A stretch of 16,181 nucleotides of DNA from Deferrisomatales bacterium. Its GTDB lineage: Bacteria > Desulfobacterota > Deferrisomatia > Deferrisomatales > JACRMM01. A program made the translations under genes and the position numbers. Position 1 is the first letter of the stretch. Each line of letters opens with the position of its first letter. Below are positions 1 to 9,714 of the stretch, in pieces. Location of the stretch: assembly GCA_033551855.1 (NCBI GenBank), contig JAWSUI010000075.1, forward strand, positions 1 through 16,181, in the 5' to 3' direction. The notes under the pieces are model-generated. The model worked only from the letters and a program-made list of their open reading frames with translations. It was not told where the DNA came from and searched no databases.

Positions 1-31
1 CGTTGACGTGCAACGTGACGAGCCTCTTCAC
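1..31 (-). CDS. 5' end (partial, runs off window) of a probable (2Fe-2S)-binding small subunit of a xanthine dehydrogenase/CO dehydrogenase/4-hydroxybenzoyl-CoA reductase-family enzyme
   Basis: The minus strand reads AAGGAG (40-45), 8 nt, then GTG AAG AGG CTC GTC ACG TTG CAC GTC AAC G = MKRLVTLHVN(G). 'TLxVNG' N-termini are typical of CoxS/HcrC-like and other 2Fe-2S ferredoxin-fold subunits. Only 10 codons are visible. Confidence 0.5.
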   Translation of the reverse strand, partial: MKRLVTLHVN

Positions 32-48
32 GATGTCTTCTCCTTGCG

Positions 49-241
49 GTAGGGGCAACCCATGCGTCGCCCCCACGAAATGCCTGGGGCGCCCCTACGA
101 AATGCCCGGCCTGCCCCGTCCGGCGGCCTCCGGGTATGGGTGGTAGGGGCGACGCATGCGTCGCCCTACGAAATGCCCGGCCTGCCCCGTCCGGCGGCCT
201 CCGGGTATGGGTGGTAGGGGCGACGCATGCGTCGCCCCTAC
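49..241. repeat. Cluster of three GTAG-type REP-like palindromes with a 71-bp tandem duplication
   Basis: Perfect 28-bp palindrome GTAGGGGCGACGCATGCGTCGCCCCTAC at 214-241, a 27-bp copy at 143-169, a degenerate copy at 49-76 and a fragment ending at 98. An identical 44-bp linker lies at 99-142 and 170-213. Confidence 0.9.
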
Positions 242-1161
242 CGGCTCCCCCCGTCCCCGGCGGCGGCACGGCGGGCGGCCAGGAGCCGCACCCGAGCATC
301 GGTGTTGAGCAAGTAGGCGGCTTCGGGCTGCTTGGGCTCGGGGAGCGGGTCGTACTCCTCGGTCTTGATCCGCGCCACCACCCGGGAGGCGTCGCCTCCT
401 TCCACCTCCAGGAGCTCCTCCACCCGCCGCCGATAGACCCGGGCGGCGTCGAGGGAGCGATCGAAGAACTCCCGGGCGTCCCGGCCCAGGTAGACCCGCT
501 CGTGCCCCTGGCACAGGACCTCCACGTCGAGCGCCCGAAGCCGCAGGAGCGAGGCCTCGTAGGCCTCGTAGTCCGCCACGAACTCCACCATGATCCGGCC
601 GGACCGGTGGGCGCAGCCCACGGCCTCCGAGGCGACCAGGATGCGGCGCCCCGGCACGTAGTAGCTCAGGAAGTCCCGGGTGTGCCCCGGGGTGGCCAAG
701 GCCTGGACCCGGATTCCCCCGCCCAGGTCCACCTCGTCGCCGTCCGAGAGCACCCGGTCCACGGGAAACGCGCCGAAGAGCGCCGGCGAGGGCCTCTCCA
801 CGCCGACGGCGGCAGACAGGGCCCGGGCCCCCTCGTTCAGGGATGCCATGAGGGCAACGGCCCGGGGGCGCTCGAGGATCTCGGCCGCCCGGGCCGAGGC
901 CGCCGTCCGAAGCCCCGGAAACGCCTCCCGCAGGGCGGCCGCCGCGCCGCAGTGGTCGAAGTGCACGTGGGTCAGGAAGAGGAGCTCGGGCTCCCTGCCG
1001 CCCAGCACCCGTCGGGCGTGAGCGGCGTAGGCGTCGGCCAGGAAGGCGAAACCGCAGTCGAAGAGCGCCGGCCGCGGCGCCTCCAGGAGGTACGAGGGGG
1101 TGTGGGCGTTTCCCAGCACGTGGAAGCCGGGGACCACCTCCCCCGTCTCGGAGAAGATCAC
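238..1161 (-). CDS. MBL-fold metallo-hydrolase (glyoxalase II/acyl-CoA thioesterase-like)
   Basis: 307 aa with THVHFDHCG (HxHxDH), TPGHT and QGHE motifs. GTG start with a GGAGG RBS overlapping the upstream TAG stop. Confidence 0.9.
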   Translation of the reverse strand: MIFSETGEVVPGFHVLGNAHTPSYLLEAPRPALFDCGFAFLADAYAAHARRVLGGREPELLFLTHVHFDHCGAAAALREAFPGLRTAASARAAEILERPRAVALMASLNEGARALSAAVGVERPSPALFGAFPVDRVLSDGDEVDLGGGIRVQALATPGHTRDFLSYYVPGRRILVASEAVGCAHRSGRIMVEFVADYEAYEASLLRLRALDVEVLCQGHERVYLGRDAREFFDRSLDAARVYRRRVEELLEVEGGDASRVVARIKTEEYDPLPEPKQPEAAYLLNTDARVRLLAARRAAAGDGGSR

Positions 1162-1173
1162 GGGCCGATCCTC

Positions 1174-2319
<1,146 letters not shown>

Positions 2320-2370
2320 GTCTGGTCTCTCCTCGGAACCGAGCCGTCGGAAGCGATCCGCCGCAAGCCG

Positions 2371-3042
2371 TCAGGGAGCTCCGCCCGAGGCCCGCCTGCC
2401 CTCCAGCCCGCGGAGGAGCTCGTCGTTGCACCCCGGGATCACCATCTCGAAGGCCGAGTCCACCGTGGTGTAGTCGAAATAGCCCAGGCGCGCCAGGGGC
2501 CGGACCTTCAGGACGTCCACCCTCCCGTCGGCCCCGATCAGGTCGTCGCGGATGTGGACCCGGACCACGCGCCCGATCACCACGTCCACCGTGCCCATGG
2601 GGGTCGCCCCGGGCAGACGAAGGGTCTGGTGGTAAACGCACTCGAAGTGGATGGGGGACTCGGCCACCCGGGGCACCCCCACCACCCGGGAGGGCGCCTT
2701 CCCCACGCCGGCCAGCTCGAACTCGTCCACCTCGGGCCCCACCTCTGCGGCGCTGCGGTTGACCGCCTCCCGCAGCTCCCAGGTAGCCAGGTTGTAGACG
2801 AACTCCCCCGTCTCCTCCGCGTTGACCACCGTGTCCTTGCGCTGGCCGTCGGTGGTCTGGTTGGCCGAGAAGAGCACGTAGGGCGGGTCGAAGGTGAGGT
2901 TCTGGAACTGGCTGTAGGGCGCCAGGTTGGCGACGCCCGAGCGGCTCACGGTCGAGATCCAGCCGATGGGCCGGGGGACCACACAGGCCTTGAAGGGGCT
3001 GTGGGGCAGGCCGTGGTCGTTCTTGTCGGGGGAGTAGTGCAT
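2371..3042 (-). CDS. Flavin reductase-like FMN-binding protein (DIM6/NTAB family)
   Basis: Motifs PRPIGWIST, NLAPYSQF, KDTVVNAEETGEFV, RVAESPIHFEC and PLARLG. Start re-called at ATG 3042 (MHYSPDK, 223 aa), preceded by AGGAG. Confidence 0.9.
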   Translation of the reverse strand: MHYSPDKNDHGLPHSPFKACVVPRPIGWISTVSRSGVANLAPYSQFQNLTFDPPYVLFSANQTTDGQRKDTVVNAEETGEFVYNLATWELREAVNRSAAEVGPEVDEFELAGVGKAPSRVVGVPRVAESPIHFECVYHQTLRLPGATPMGTVDVVIGRVVRVHIRDDLIGADGRVDVLKVRPLARLGYFDYTTVDSAFEMVIPGCNDELLRGLEGRRASGGAP

Positions 3043-3082
3043 GGGATCTCCTGGGTGTGCCCGGGGGCCTCGCCGCACGCTC

Positions 3083-4927
3083 TCAGACGAGGATCACGCC
3101 GGGGCCGGGGGGGTCCGCGTAGAGGTCGGACAAGAGCGCGGCCCGGTGGGCGAGCACGGCCCGCTGGTTGACGTAGCCCTTGTCGGTGATCTCCCCGGCG
3201 TCGAGGCGTGCCGGCACGGCCAGGAGCAGGGCCCGGGCCGGGCGGTTCGAGCTCCCCCCGCTCTCCCGGGCCAGTCGCCTCAGCCCCGCGCGCACTCCCT
3301 CCACCACCTCCTCCCGGGCCAGCAGCTCCTCGACGGGCGCGTCGGGGCTCAGGTCCGGGCAGGCGCGGCGGCAGGCCTCCACGTCGGGGAAGAGGAGCAG
3401 CCCGATCTCGTCCCGGTCGTGCCCCGTGACCACGGCGTCCTGGACCAGCGGTGCGCAGGCGGCCACCACGTCGAGCCGCAGCCGCCCCACGCTGACCCAC
3501 GTGCCGGAGGTGAGCTTGAAGTCCTCGGCCACGCGGCCGTCGAACCGGATCCCCTCCTCCGGCCGCTCCGGATCCGCCAGGGCTCCCGCGTCGCCGATGC
3601 GGTAGAACCCCCCTTCGTCGAAGGCCGCCCGGGTCAGCTCGTCGCGCTTCCAGTAGCCCGGGGTGACGCCCGGCCCCCGGACCCGCATCTCGAGCTTGTC
3701 GCCGTTGGGCACCATCGCCAGTTCGGCCCCCGGCACGGGCAGGCCGATGATCCCGGCCCGCCCCACCGGGTAGTGGACCAGGGTCACCACGGGTCCCGTC
3801 TCGGTGGAGCCCCAGCCCGAGAACATGGCCACGGGACGCCCTCGGGCCTCCGCAGAGAGCGCCTCGAGGCGCTCCCACAGGTACTGGGGCAGGGCGGCCC
3901 CGGCGTAGAAGAGCACGTCCAGGTCCCGGAAGAGCGCGTCCCGCAGCGAAGCGTCCGTCTCCAGGTGGGGAAGGAGCGCGGCGTAGCCCCGGGGGACGTT
4001 GAAGTACACCGTGGGGGAGACCTCCCGCAGGTTCGCCACCGTGGTCTCGATGAGGCCGGGGGTCGGCTTCCCCCCGTCCAGGTAGAGCGCCCCGCCGTTG
4101 CGCAGGATCAGGTTGAAGACCTTGTTCCCGCCGAAGGTGTGGTTCCAGGGCAGCCAGTCCAGCATCACCGGGGGCCGTCGCTCCAGGAAAAGCCAGGCCT
4201 GTGCCATGGCCTGCTGGTTGGAGCAGAGCATCCGCTGGGTGTTGATCACCCCCTTGGGCTCCCCCGTGGACCCCGAGGTGAAGAGCACCTTCGCCACCGT
4301 GTCGGGGCCCACCGCGGAAAACGCCTCGTCCACCGCGCCGGTGGGCGAAGCGGCGAGGAGCTCCGAGAACGGCGTCGCCGCACCGCCGCCGGACGCCCCC
4401 GCGACCACCTCCGCCCCCTCGGGGGCGGCCGCCGCCAGGGCCCGGGCGAAGGGCTCCACCGCTTCGACGTAGAGCAGTTGCGGCTCCAGGAGCCCCAGCA
4501 CCTGCCGGAGCTTCCCAAAGTCGCGCGAGACCAGCGAGTAGGCCGGCGACACCGGGGACACCGGGATGCCCACGTGCATGCAGGCGAGGCTGAGCACCGC
4601 GTGATGCAAGCTGTTGCCCGAGAGGATCGCCACCGGCCGGCCGGGGTCGAGCCGCCGGTCCAGGAGGGCCTGTGCCACGGAGCGCACCTGCCCCAGGACC
4701 CGGCGGTAGGTGAGCCGCCGCCACGACGCCCCCTCCCGCTCGGCCAGGAAGAGCGCCTCCGGGGTCTCCCGGGCCCAGCGCTCCAGCTGGACCCCGAGGC
4801 TGGGCGGATGGGCCCCCAGGGGCGCCGGGGAGCTCAGGCGCATCCCTCCCCCGGGCATCTGCTCCACTTCTACCCGGGCCGGGGCGAGCTCGGGCCGGCG
4901 GGTCTCGGTCGGAAGGCGCGGGTCCAT
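3083..4927 (-). CDS. fcs: Feruloyl-CoA synthetase-like acyl-CoA ligase (ANL superfamily)
   Basis: 614 aa with AMP-binding FTSGSTGEPKG and GWGSTE. Fcs-typical segments SPAYSLVSRDF, DWLPWNHTFGGN, FDGRVAEDFKL and GEITDKGYVNQRAVL. The substrate is not proven. Confidence 0.85.
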   Translation of the reverse strand: MDPRLPTETRRPELAPARVEVEQMPGGGMRLSSPAPLGAHPPSLGVQLERWARETPEALFLAEREGASWRRLTYRRVLGQVRSVAQALLDRRLDPGRPVAILSGNSLHHAVLSLACMHVGIPVSPVSPAYSLVSRDFGKLRQVLGLLEPQLLYVEAVEPFARALAAAAPEGAEVVAGASGGGAATPFSELLAASPTGAVDEAFSAVGPDTVAKVLFTSGSTGEPKGVINTQRMLCSNQQAMAQAWLFLERRPPVMLDWLPWNHTFGGNKVFNLILRNGGALYLDGGKPTPGLIETTVANLREVSPTVYFNVPRGYAALLPHLETDASLRDALFRDLDVLFYAGAALPQYLWERLEALSAEARGRPVAMFSGWGSTETGPVVTLVHYPVGRAGIIGLPVPGAELAMVPNGDKLEMRVRGPGVTPGYWKRDELTRAAFDEGGFYRIGDAGALADPERPEEGIRFDGRVAEDFKLTSGTWVSVGRLRLDVVAACAPLVQDAVVTGHDRDEIGLLLFPDVEACRRACPDLSPDAPVEELLAREEVVEGVRAGLRRLARESGGSSNRPARALLLAVPARLDAGEITDKGYVNQRAVLAHRAALLSDLYADPPGPGVILV

Positions 4928-4931
4928 GGCG

Positions 4932-6221
4932 TCAGCCAGGGAAGAGGAGATCCGGGACGACCGTGGAGATCCACGGGACCAGGCTGAGGAAGAAGAGCGC
5001 CACCATGTACACCAGCAGCGTCGGGATCGTCGCCCGCACGATGAACATGAACGTCTCGCCGGTGCAGGCCGCCGTGGCGTAGAGCATCAGCCCCAGGGGG
5101 GGCGTGATGTACCCCACCCCCAGGGCGACATTCACGATCAGGCAAAAGTGGATCGGGTCGATCCCGAACTGGTGCACGATGGGCATCAGGATCGGGACCA
5201 GGATCATGATGGACGCGATGGGGTCCATGAACGTCCCCATCACGAGGAGCACCGTCGTCACCAGCAGCATGAAGGCCACCCAGTTGGGCACGTGGGCGGT
5301 GGCCACCTCCAGGATCTCCTGGGGGATGCCCCGGATCGTGATGTACTCCGAGAGGACGCCGGCACCCGCGATGGTGATGACGAGGGTTCCGCTCAGGATC
5401 CCCGACGAGACGAAGAGCCCGCGCAGGGTTCGGAAGTCGATCGACCGGTAGATCAGCCACTCGGTCACCACGGCCAGGAAGCACGCCACCACCGAGGCCT
5501 CGGTGACGGTGAAGGCGCCGGAGTAGACCCCGGCGAAGAGCACCACGATGATCAGGAGCGGCATCGTGGCCTGGCGCACCGCCCGCCCCAGCAGGCGCAG
5601 GTCGAAGGGCTCGGTGGTCCGTTCCGCGAGGCCCTGCCGGCGAACCGAGACGTAGACGTACGTCATCAGGGCAAGGGTGATCACCGCCCCCGGCAGGTAG
5701 CCGGCGGCAAAGAGCCGGACCACCGAGACCCCCGCCGTCAGGGCGCAGATCACCATGATGATGCTGGGGGGGATGATCATCCCCAGGATGGAGGCGCTCG
5801 TCACCAGGCCGACCGAGAAGGAGCGGGGATACCCCTGCTCCTTCATGAAGGGGAACATCACCCCGCCCACCGTGACCACGGTGGAGATCCCCGAGCCGCT
5901 GATGGCCCCAAAGAGGGCCGAGCTCACCACCGAGGTCATCGCCAGCCCCCCCGGGAGCCAGCACACCAGCCGGCGGGCCACCTCGATGAGCTGCCGGGCC
6001 GATCGCCCCGCCACCATCACCGCCCCCAACAGCAGGAAGAACGGGATGCAGATCAGGGTGAAGTTCTGGAGCTTCATCAACATGGTCTGGGCGACGAAGA
6101 CCAGGTCCAGGCTCGTGAACACCACCAGCCCGAAGATGCCCGTGAGGAAGAGACTGATGTAGACGGGGATCCGGAGGAACAGGAGGAGCAGCAGGAGGCC
6201 GATGAAGATCAGGGTCTCCAT
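4932..6221 (-). CDS. dctM: TRAP transporter large permease subunit
   Basis: 429 aa, highly hydrophobic, with FGAISGS, LGMIIPPSI, GIDPIHF and GYITPPLG motifs. Confidence 0.95.
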   Translation of the reverse strand: METLIFIGLLLLLLFLRIPVYISLFLTGIFGLVVFTSLDLVFVAQTMLMKLQNFTLICIPFFLLLGAVMVAGRSARQLIEVARRLVCWLPGGLAMTSVVSSALFGAISGSGISTVVTVGGVMFPFMKEQGYPRSFSVGLVTSASILGMIIPPSIIMVICALTAGVSVVRLFAAGYLPGAVITLALMTYVYVSVRRQGLAERTTEPFDLRLLGRAVRQATMPLLIIVVLFAGVYSGAFTVTEASVVACFLAVVTEWLIYRSIDFRTLRGLFVSSGILSGTLVITIAGAGVLSEYITIRGIPQEILEVATAHVPNWVAFMLLVTTVLLVMGTFMDPIASIMILVPILMPIVHQFGIDPIHFCLIVNVALGVGYITPPLGLMLYATAACTGETFMFIVRATIPTLLVYMVALFFLSLVPWISTVVPDLLFPG

Positions 6222-6224
6222 GGG

Positions 6225-6692
6225 TCACCTCTCCCCGAAGAGCTCGGCGAGCTTCAAGACCGTTCGCACGATCAGGAGCCCCCCGAAGAGAGGAAGCATC
6301 GCCGCGATCCAGGGCACCGGGATCCCCAGGATCGGCGTGTAGTTCATGAACATCCGCTCCACCGCGACGAACTTCCATCCGTAGACCGCGATCAGCACAC
6401 CGGCCAGGAGCCGCACGGCGTGCATCCAGAGGTCCAGCCCGAACCGGGCTCCGGGGAACCGCTCGTACAGGGCATCGACCCGCAGCTCGGTGCCGGACCG
6501 CACCGAGGCGGCGGCGCCCACGAAGGTCATGAGGAGGAAGAGGTAGAGGCTGAGCTCGTCGGGCCACGCGAACGGCCGTCGGACGGCGTAGCGGGTGAGC
6601 ACGCCGTAGGTCAGCGCCACGAGCGAGGTGGCGAAGCAGACGAAGATCACCCACCTCTCGACGCGTTCGAGCAGCGCATCCAAGGTCTTCAT
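6225..6692 (-). CDS. dctQ: TRAP transporter small permease subunit
   Basis: 155 aa with about 4 hydrophobic segments and VLTRY...WPDEL...LRVD motifs. Lies between dctP and dctM. Confidence 0.92.
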   Translation of the reverse strand: MKTLDALLERVERWVIFVCFATSLVALTYGVLTRYAVRRPFAWPDELSLYLFLLMTFVGAAASVRSGTELRVDALYERFPGARFGLDLWMHAVRLLAGVLIAVYGWKFVAVERMFMNYTPILGIPVPWIAAMLPLFGGLLIVRTVLKLAELFGER

Positions 6693-6745
6693 CCGGGTCG
6701 CGTCCCTCCCAAGGAAACTCGTCCGTTTTCGGGTCGCTCCGAAGG

Positions 6746-6777
6746 GCCGTAGGGCGGGGCCCGTCCCGCCCTACGGC
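6746..6777. repeat. GTAG-type REP-like hairpin between dctP and dctQ
   Basis: 13-bp perfect arms GCCGTAGGGCGGG (6746-6758) and CCCGCCCTACGGC (6765-6777) with a 6-nt loop. Same GTAGGG...CCCTAC ends as the 49-241 repeats. Confidence 0.75.
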
Positions 6778-6813
6778 GTCGCCACTTTGAAGGGAAACGA
6801 GGTTACGAGCGCC

Positions 6814-7803
6814 TCAGTGCTTCTCGGCGAAGGCCTTCACCCTGGCGAGGAAGTCCTTCCCGATCTCGGGCTCGAACTGGTCCCACACTGCCCGCTGGGT
6901 GGCCCGGAACCGCTCCATCTCCTCGGGCGACAGGCGGATGACGCTCACCCCCTGCTTCTCCAGCTCCGGGATCGCGTTCTCGGTCAGCTCCATGCTCTGC
7001 TGCCGGGCCTTCGCGAAGTTGCGCTCGACCACGCCGGCGATGAGGTCTCGCACCTCCGGATCCAGGCCGCTCCACCAGCGCTCGTTCACCATGAGGAAGA
7101 AGAGCCCCACCATGTGGTCGGTCGCGGTGAAGTTCTTGGTCACGTCCGCCAGGCGCAGGCGCGTCACGTTGCGGGTCTGGTCCGTGCCGTCGATGACCCC
7201 CTGCCGCAGGGCCGGGAACACGTCGCCCCAGGCCATCGTGACCGGGTTCACGCCGAAGGCCCTCCAGAAGGCGAGGGGGTAGCGGTTCTGGGTGGTGCGC
7301 ATCTTCATGGCCCGCAGGTCCTGGAGGCTGCTGACCGGCTTGGTGGTGGCCAGGCCGTACAGGCCGAAATAGGAGAAGTCCAGGCACCGCAGCCCCTTGC
7401 TCCGCGTAGAGAGGAAGAGCTCGTCGCGCAGGGCGTCGTCCTTGCGGAAGGCCTCCCACTTCTCATAGGAGTCCATGAGGTACGCCAAGGTGGCGATGCC
7501 GTACTTGGGGTCCAGGTCGGGGGTGTTGGTGCTCGGGGAGATGGCGCCCTGCAGGGTCCCCATGCTCGCCTTCTTGGCGATCTCGATCGCGTCGCCCATC
7601 TGCCCGCTGTGGAAGTACTGCGCCCTCACCCTGCCGCCGGAGGTCTCGTTGAGCTCCTTCTCGATCCAGAGGCCCACCTCGGAGCCCGGCTCATTGGGCG
7701 GGATGAAGGTCGCGAAGTGAAAGGAGACGGGGGAGGACCAGGCGGTCCCCGCGAGGGCCAGAAGCCCCAGCGTCAGCAGTGCTCGGCATGCAAATCTGCC
7801 CAT
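6814..7803 (-). CDS. dctP: TRAP transporter periplasmic substrate-binding protein
   Basis: 329 aa with a signal peptide (...ALAGTAWS), the DLRAMKMRT segment carrying the conserved carboxylate-binding Arg, and VFPALRQGVIDG. AAAGGAGG RBS. Confidence 0.95.
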   Translation of the reverse strand: MGRFACRALLTLGLLALAGTAWSSPVSFHFATFIPPNEPGSEVGLWIEKELNETSGGRVRAQYFHSGQMGDAIEIAKKASMGTLQGAISPSTNTPDLDPKYGIATLAYLMDSYEKWEAFRKDDALRDELFLSTRSKGLRCLDFSYFGLYGLATTKPVSSLQDLRAMKMRTTQNRYPLAFWRAFGVNPVTMAWGDVFPALRQGVIDGTDQTRNVTRLRLADVTKNFTATDHMVGLFFLMVNERWWSGLDPEVRDLIAGVVERNFAKARQQSMELTENAIPELEKQGVSVIRLSPEEMERFRATQRAVWDQFEPEIGKDFLARVKAFAEKH

Positions 7804-7884
7804 GGTGCTCTTCCTCCTTTGGTTCCGGGTTCGCGGACCGCCCCCGTGCGGCGAGGGCCGCGGGCGGCAGTTCCACGGCGGTAT

Positions 7885-7900
7885 TGCAACCGACGTGCCT
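7885..7900 (-). promoter_or_regulatory. Sigma-54 (-24/-12) promoter of the dctP operon
   Basis: Minus strand AGGCACGTCGGTTGCA = GG-N10-GC, close to the TGGCACG-N4-TTGCW consensus. About 80 bp upstream of dctP and next to a GAFTGA activator gene. Confidence 0.85.
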
Positions 7901-8024
7901 GCCTCCGGAAGGACGGTTTTCTGCGGGAAGGGCCGGGGATGGGCGGGCCGGGAGCGTCAGAAATGAACAGGCGCCGGGGGCAGCGTCTCGAAAAACCGCC
8001 GCCGGGCGGCGCGCTCGGAGGTGG

Positions 8025-9476
8025 TCACTGTTGACCGTCAGCCTTGACCTCCCGCAGGCGTCGGGTCAGGGTGGAGAGGCTCACGCCCAGGCCGTGGGCC
8101 GCCTCTTCGAGGGTTCTCGAACGGGATATGGCCTTGCGGATGAGCCTCTGCTCGTAGCGCCGGACGCGCGTGCGCAGCGGGAGGGCCCCGTCGGCCTCCT
8201 CGTCTCGGTCTCCCTCCCCGTCCTCCCGGTACTTGCGGGGGAGGTGGTCGAGCCGGACGACCGGCTCGCGGGAGACGACCACCAGGTGCTCCATCAGGTT
8301 CGCGAGCTCCCGCACGTTGCCGGGCCAGCGGTAACAGCACAGGGCCTCGAGGGCCTCCTTGCCCAGGCGGGTCGGCATGCCGTGCTTCCGGCCGTAGAGG
8401 TCGACGTAGTGCAGCAGGAGGAAGGGGATGTCCGCCTTGCGCTCCCGCAGGGGGGGAATCACGACGGGCACGACGCTGAGGCGGTAGTACAGATCCTCCC
8501 GCAGCTTGCCCTCCCGGACCATCTTCTCCAGATCCTGGTTGGTGGCGGCGAGAATGCGCACGTCGACCTTCTTCGGCTTGGTGCCGCCGACTCGCGTGAT
8601 CTCGCAGTCCTGGAGCACGGACAGGAGCTTGACCTGGAGCCGGAAGGGGAGGTCTCCGATCTCGTCCAGGAGGAGCGTTCCCTTGTCGGCGACCTCGAAG
8701 TACCCGACCTTTCCTTCCCGGCTCGCCCCCGTGAAGGCTCCCGCCTCGTAGCCGAAGAGCTCCGACTCCAGGAGGTCTGCGGGGATCGCCCCGCAGTTGA
8801 TCTTCACGAAGGGCCCGGCCTCCGCGCGCGGGCTCGCCTCGTGGATCATCCGTGCCACCATCTCCTTGCCGACCCCGGACTCCCCCAGCAGGAGCACCGT
8901 GGCGTCGACCCGGGCGATCCGGAAGGCCGCGTCGATGATCTCGCGCATCTCGCGGCTGTGGGCGACGAGCCGCTTCTCGATCGCCTGCTGCTGTTTGGCT
9001 TCCTGGAGCTCGATCAGATACCGGGAGATGAGCTTCTGGGACTGTTCGTATTTCTCCTTGAGCTGAGTCAGGTCCGTGATGTCCCTCAGATTGCAGTAAA
9101 TGCGCGACACCTTCCCGTCGGGGCCGAAGATCGGCACCCCGGTGCTCAGGACCTGCCTGCCCGCCACCGTGTGGATGATCACCGTCTGCGCCATCCCCGT
9201 CTCGAGGACCTTCACCGACGCGGCCGTGTCCGAAAACCCCTCCTTCACGAGGTCGGTCGTCCTGCGGCCCTGGATGGCAGCCCGTTCCAGGCCCATCACC
9301 CTCTCGAAGGCCGGGTTCATGAGGACGAGCCTGCTGTCCCCGTCCACGATGCACAGCCCGTCGTACGAGTTCTCGATCATCCCCAGGAGGTCTCGGTTGA
9401 GCTCCTCCAGTTGGGACACCCTCGCAGCCAACGCGCTCACGTCCCCGCGCTCCGGCGCGGGATCTCTGGTCGCCAT
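8025..9476 (-). CDS. Sigma-54-dependent transcriptional activator (PAS + AAA+ + HTH)
   Basis: Start re-called at ATG 9476 (MATRDP, 483 aa) with a GAGGAGG RBS. PAS region (SYDGLCIVD...NPAFER), Walker A GESGVGKE, intact GAFTGA, Walker [24 protein letters not shown] and a C-terminal HTH. No receiver domain. Confidence 0.95.
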   Translation of the reverse strand: MATRDPAPERGDVSALAARVSQLEELNRDLLGMIENSYDGLCIVDGDSRLVLMNPAFERVMGLERAAIQGRRTTDLVKEGFSDTAASVKVLETGMAQTVIIHTVAGRQVLSTGVPIFGPDGKVSRIYCNLRDITDLTQLKEKYEQSQKLISRYLIELQEAKQQQAIEKRLVAHSREMREIIDAAFRIARVDATVLLLGESGVGKEMVARMIHEASPRAEAGPFVKINCGAIPADLLESELFGYEAGAFTGASREGKVGYFEVADKGTLLLDEIGDLPFRLQVKLLSVLQDCEITRVGGTKPKKVDVRILAATNQDLEKMVREGKLREDLYYRLSVVPVVIPPLRERKADIPFLLLHYVDLYGRKHGMPTRLGKEALEALCCYRWPGNVRELANLMEHLVVVSREPVVRLDHLPRKYREDGEGDRDEEADGALPLRTRVRRYEQRLIRKAISRSRTLEEAAHGLGVSLSTLTRRLREVKADGQQ

Positions 9477-9634
9477 GTCCCCTCCTCGCAGGGGCGGCCC
9501 GGCACCTCGAAGGACGCCGAGTCGAGCCGCCTTCGCGCCCTGTGGCGGGCCGGACCGGTCAGGTTCGACCTTCCCTGTCATTTTCGCGGGTCCGGCCCCC
9601 CCGTGTCCATGCCCGCCGTCGCCCTTGCCCGCTT

Positions 9635-9650
9635 TGCAGGATCCGTACCC
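9635..9650 (-). promoter_or_regulatory. Possible sigma-54 (-24/-12) promoter upstream of the activator gene
   Basis: Minus strand GGGTACGGATCCTGCA = GG-N10-GC, a weaker consensus match, about 160 bp upstream of the activator start. Confidence 0.4.
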
Positions 9651-9714
9651 CACGAGTACCCTGCGCCCTCCCCTTAGCGCGACCGGCCCCAAGATCGACC
9701 TTTCGATGTGCGGT

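Noticed and set aside
49..241. CRISPR array
   Set aside because: The linkers between palindromes are identical rather than unique spacers, the repeats are GTAG-REP-like full palindromes, and no cas gene or leader is nearby.
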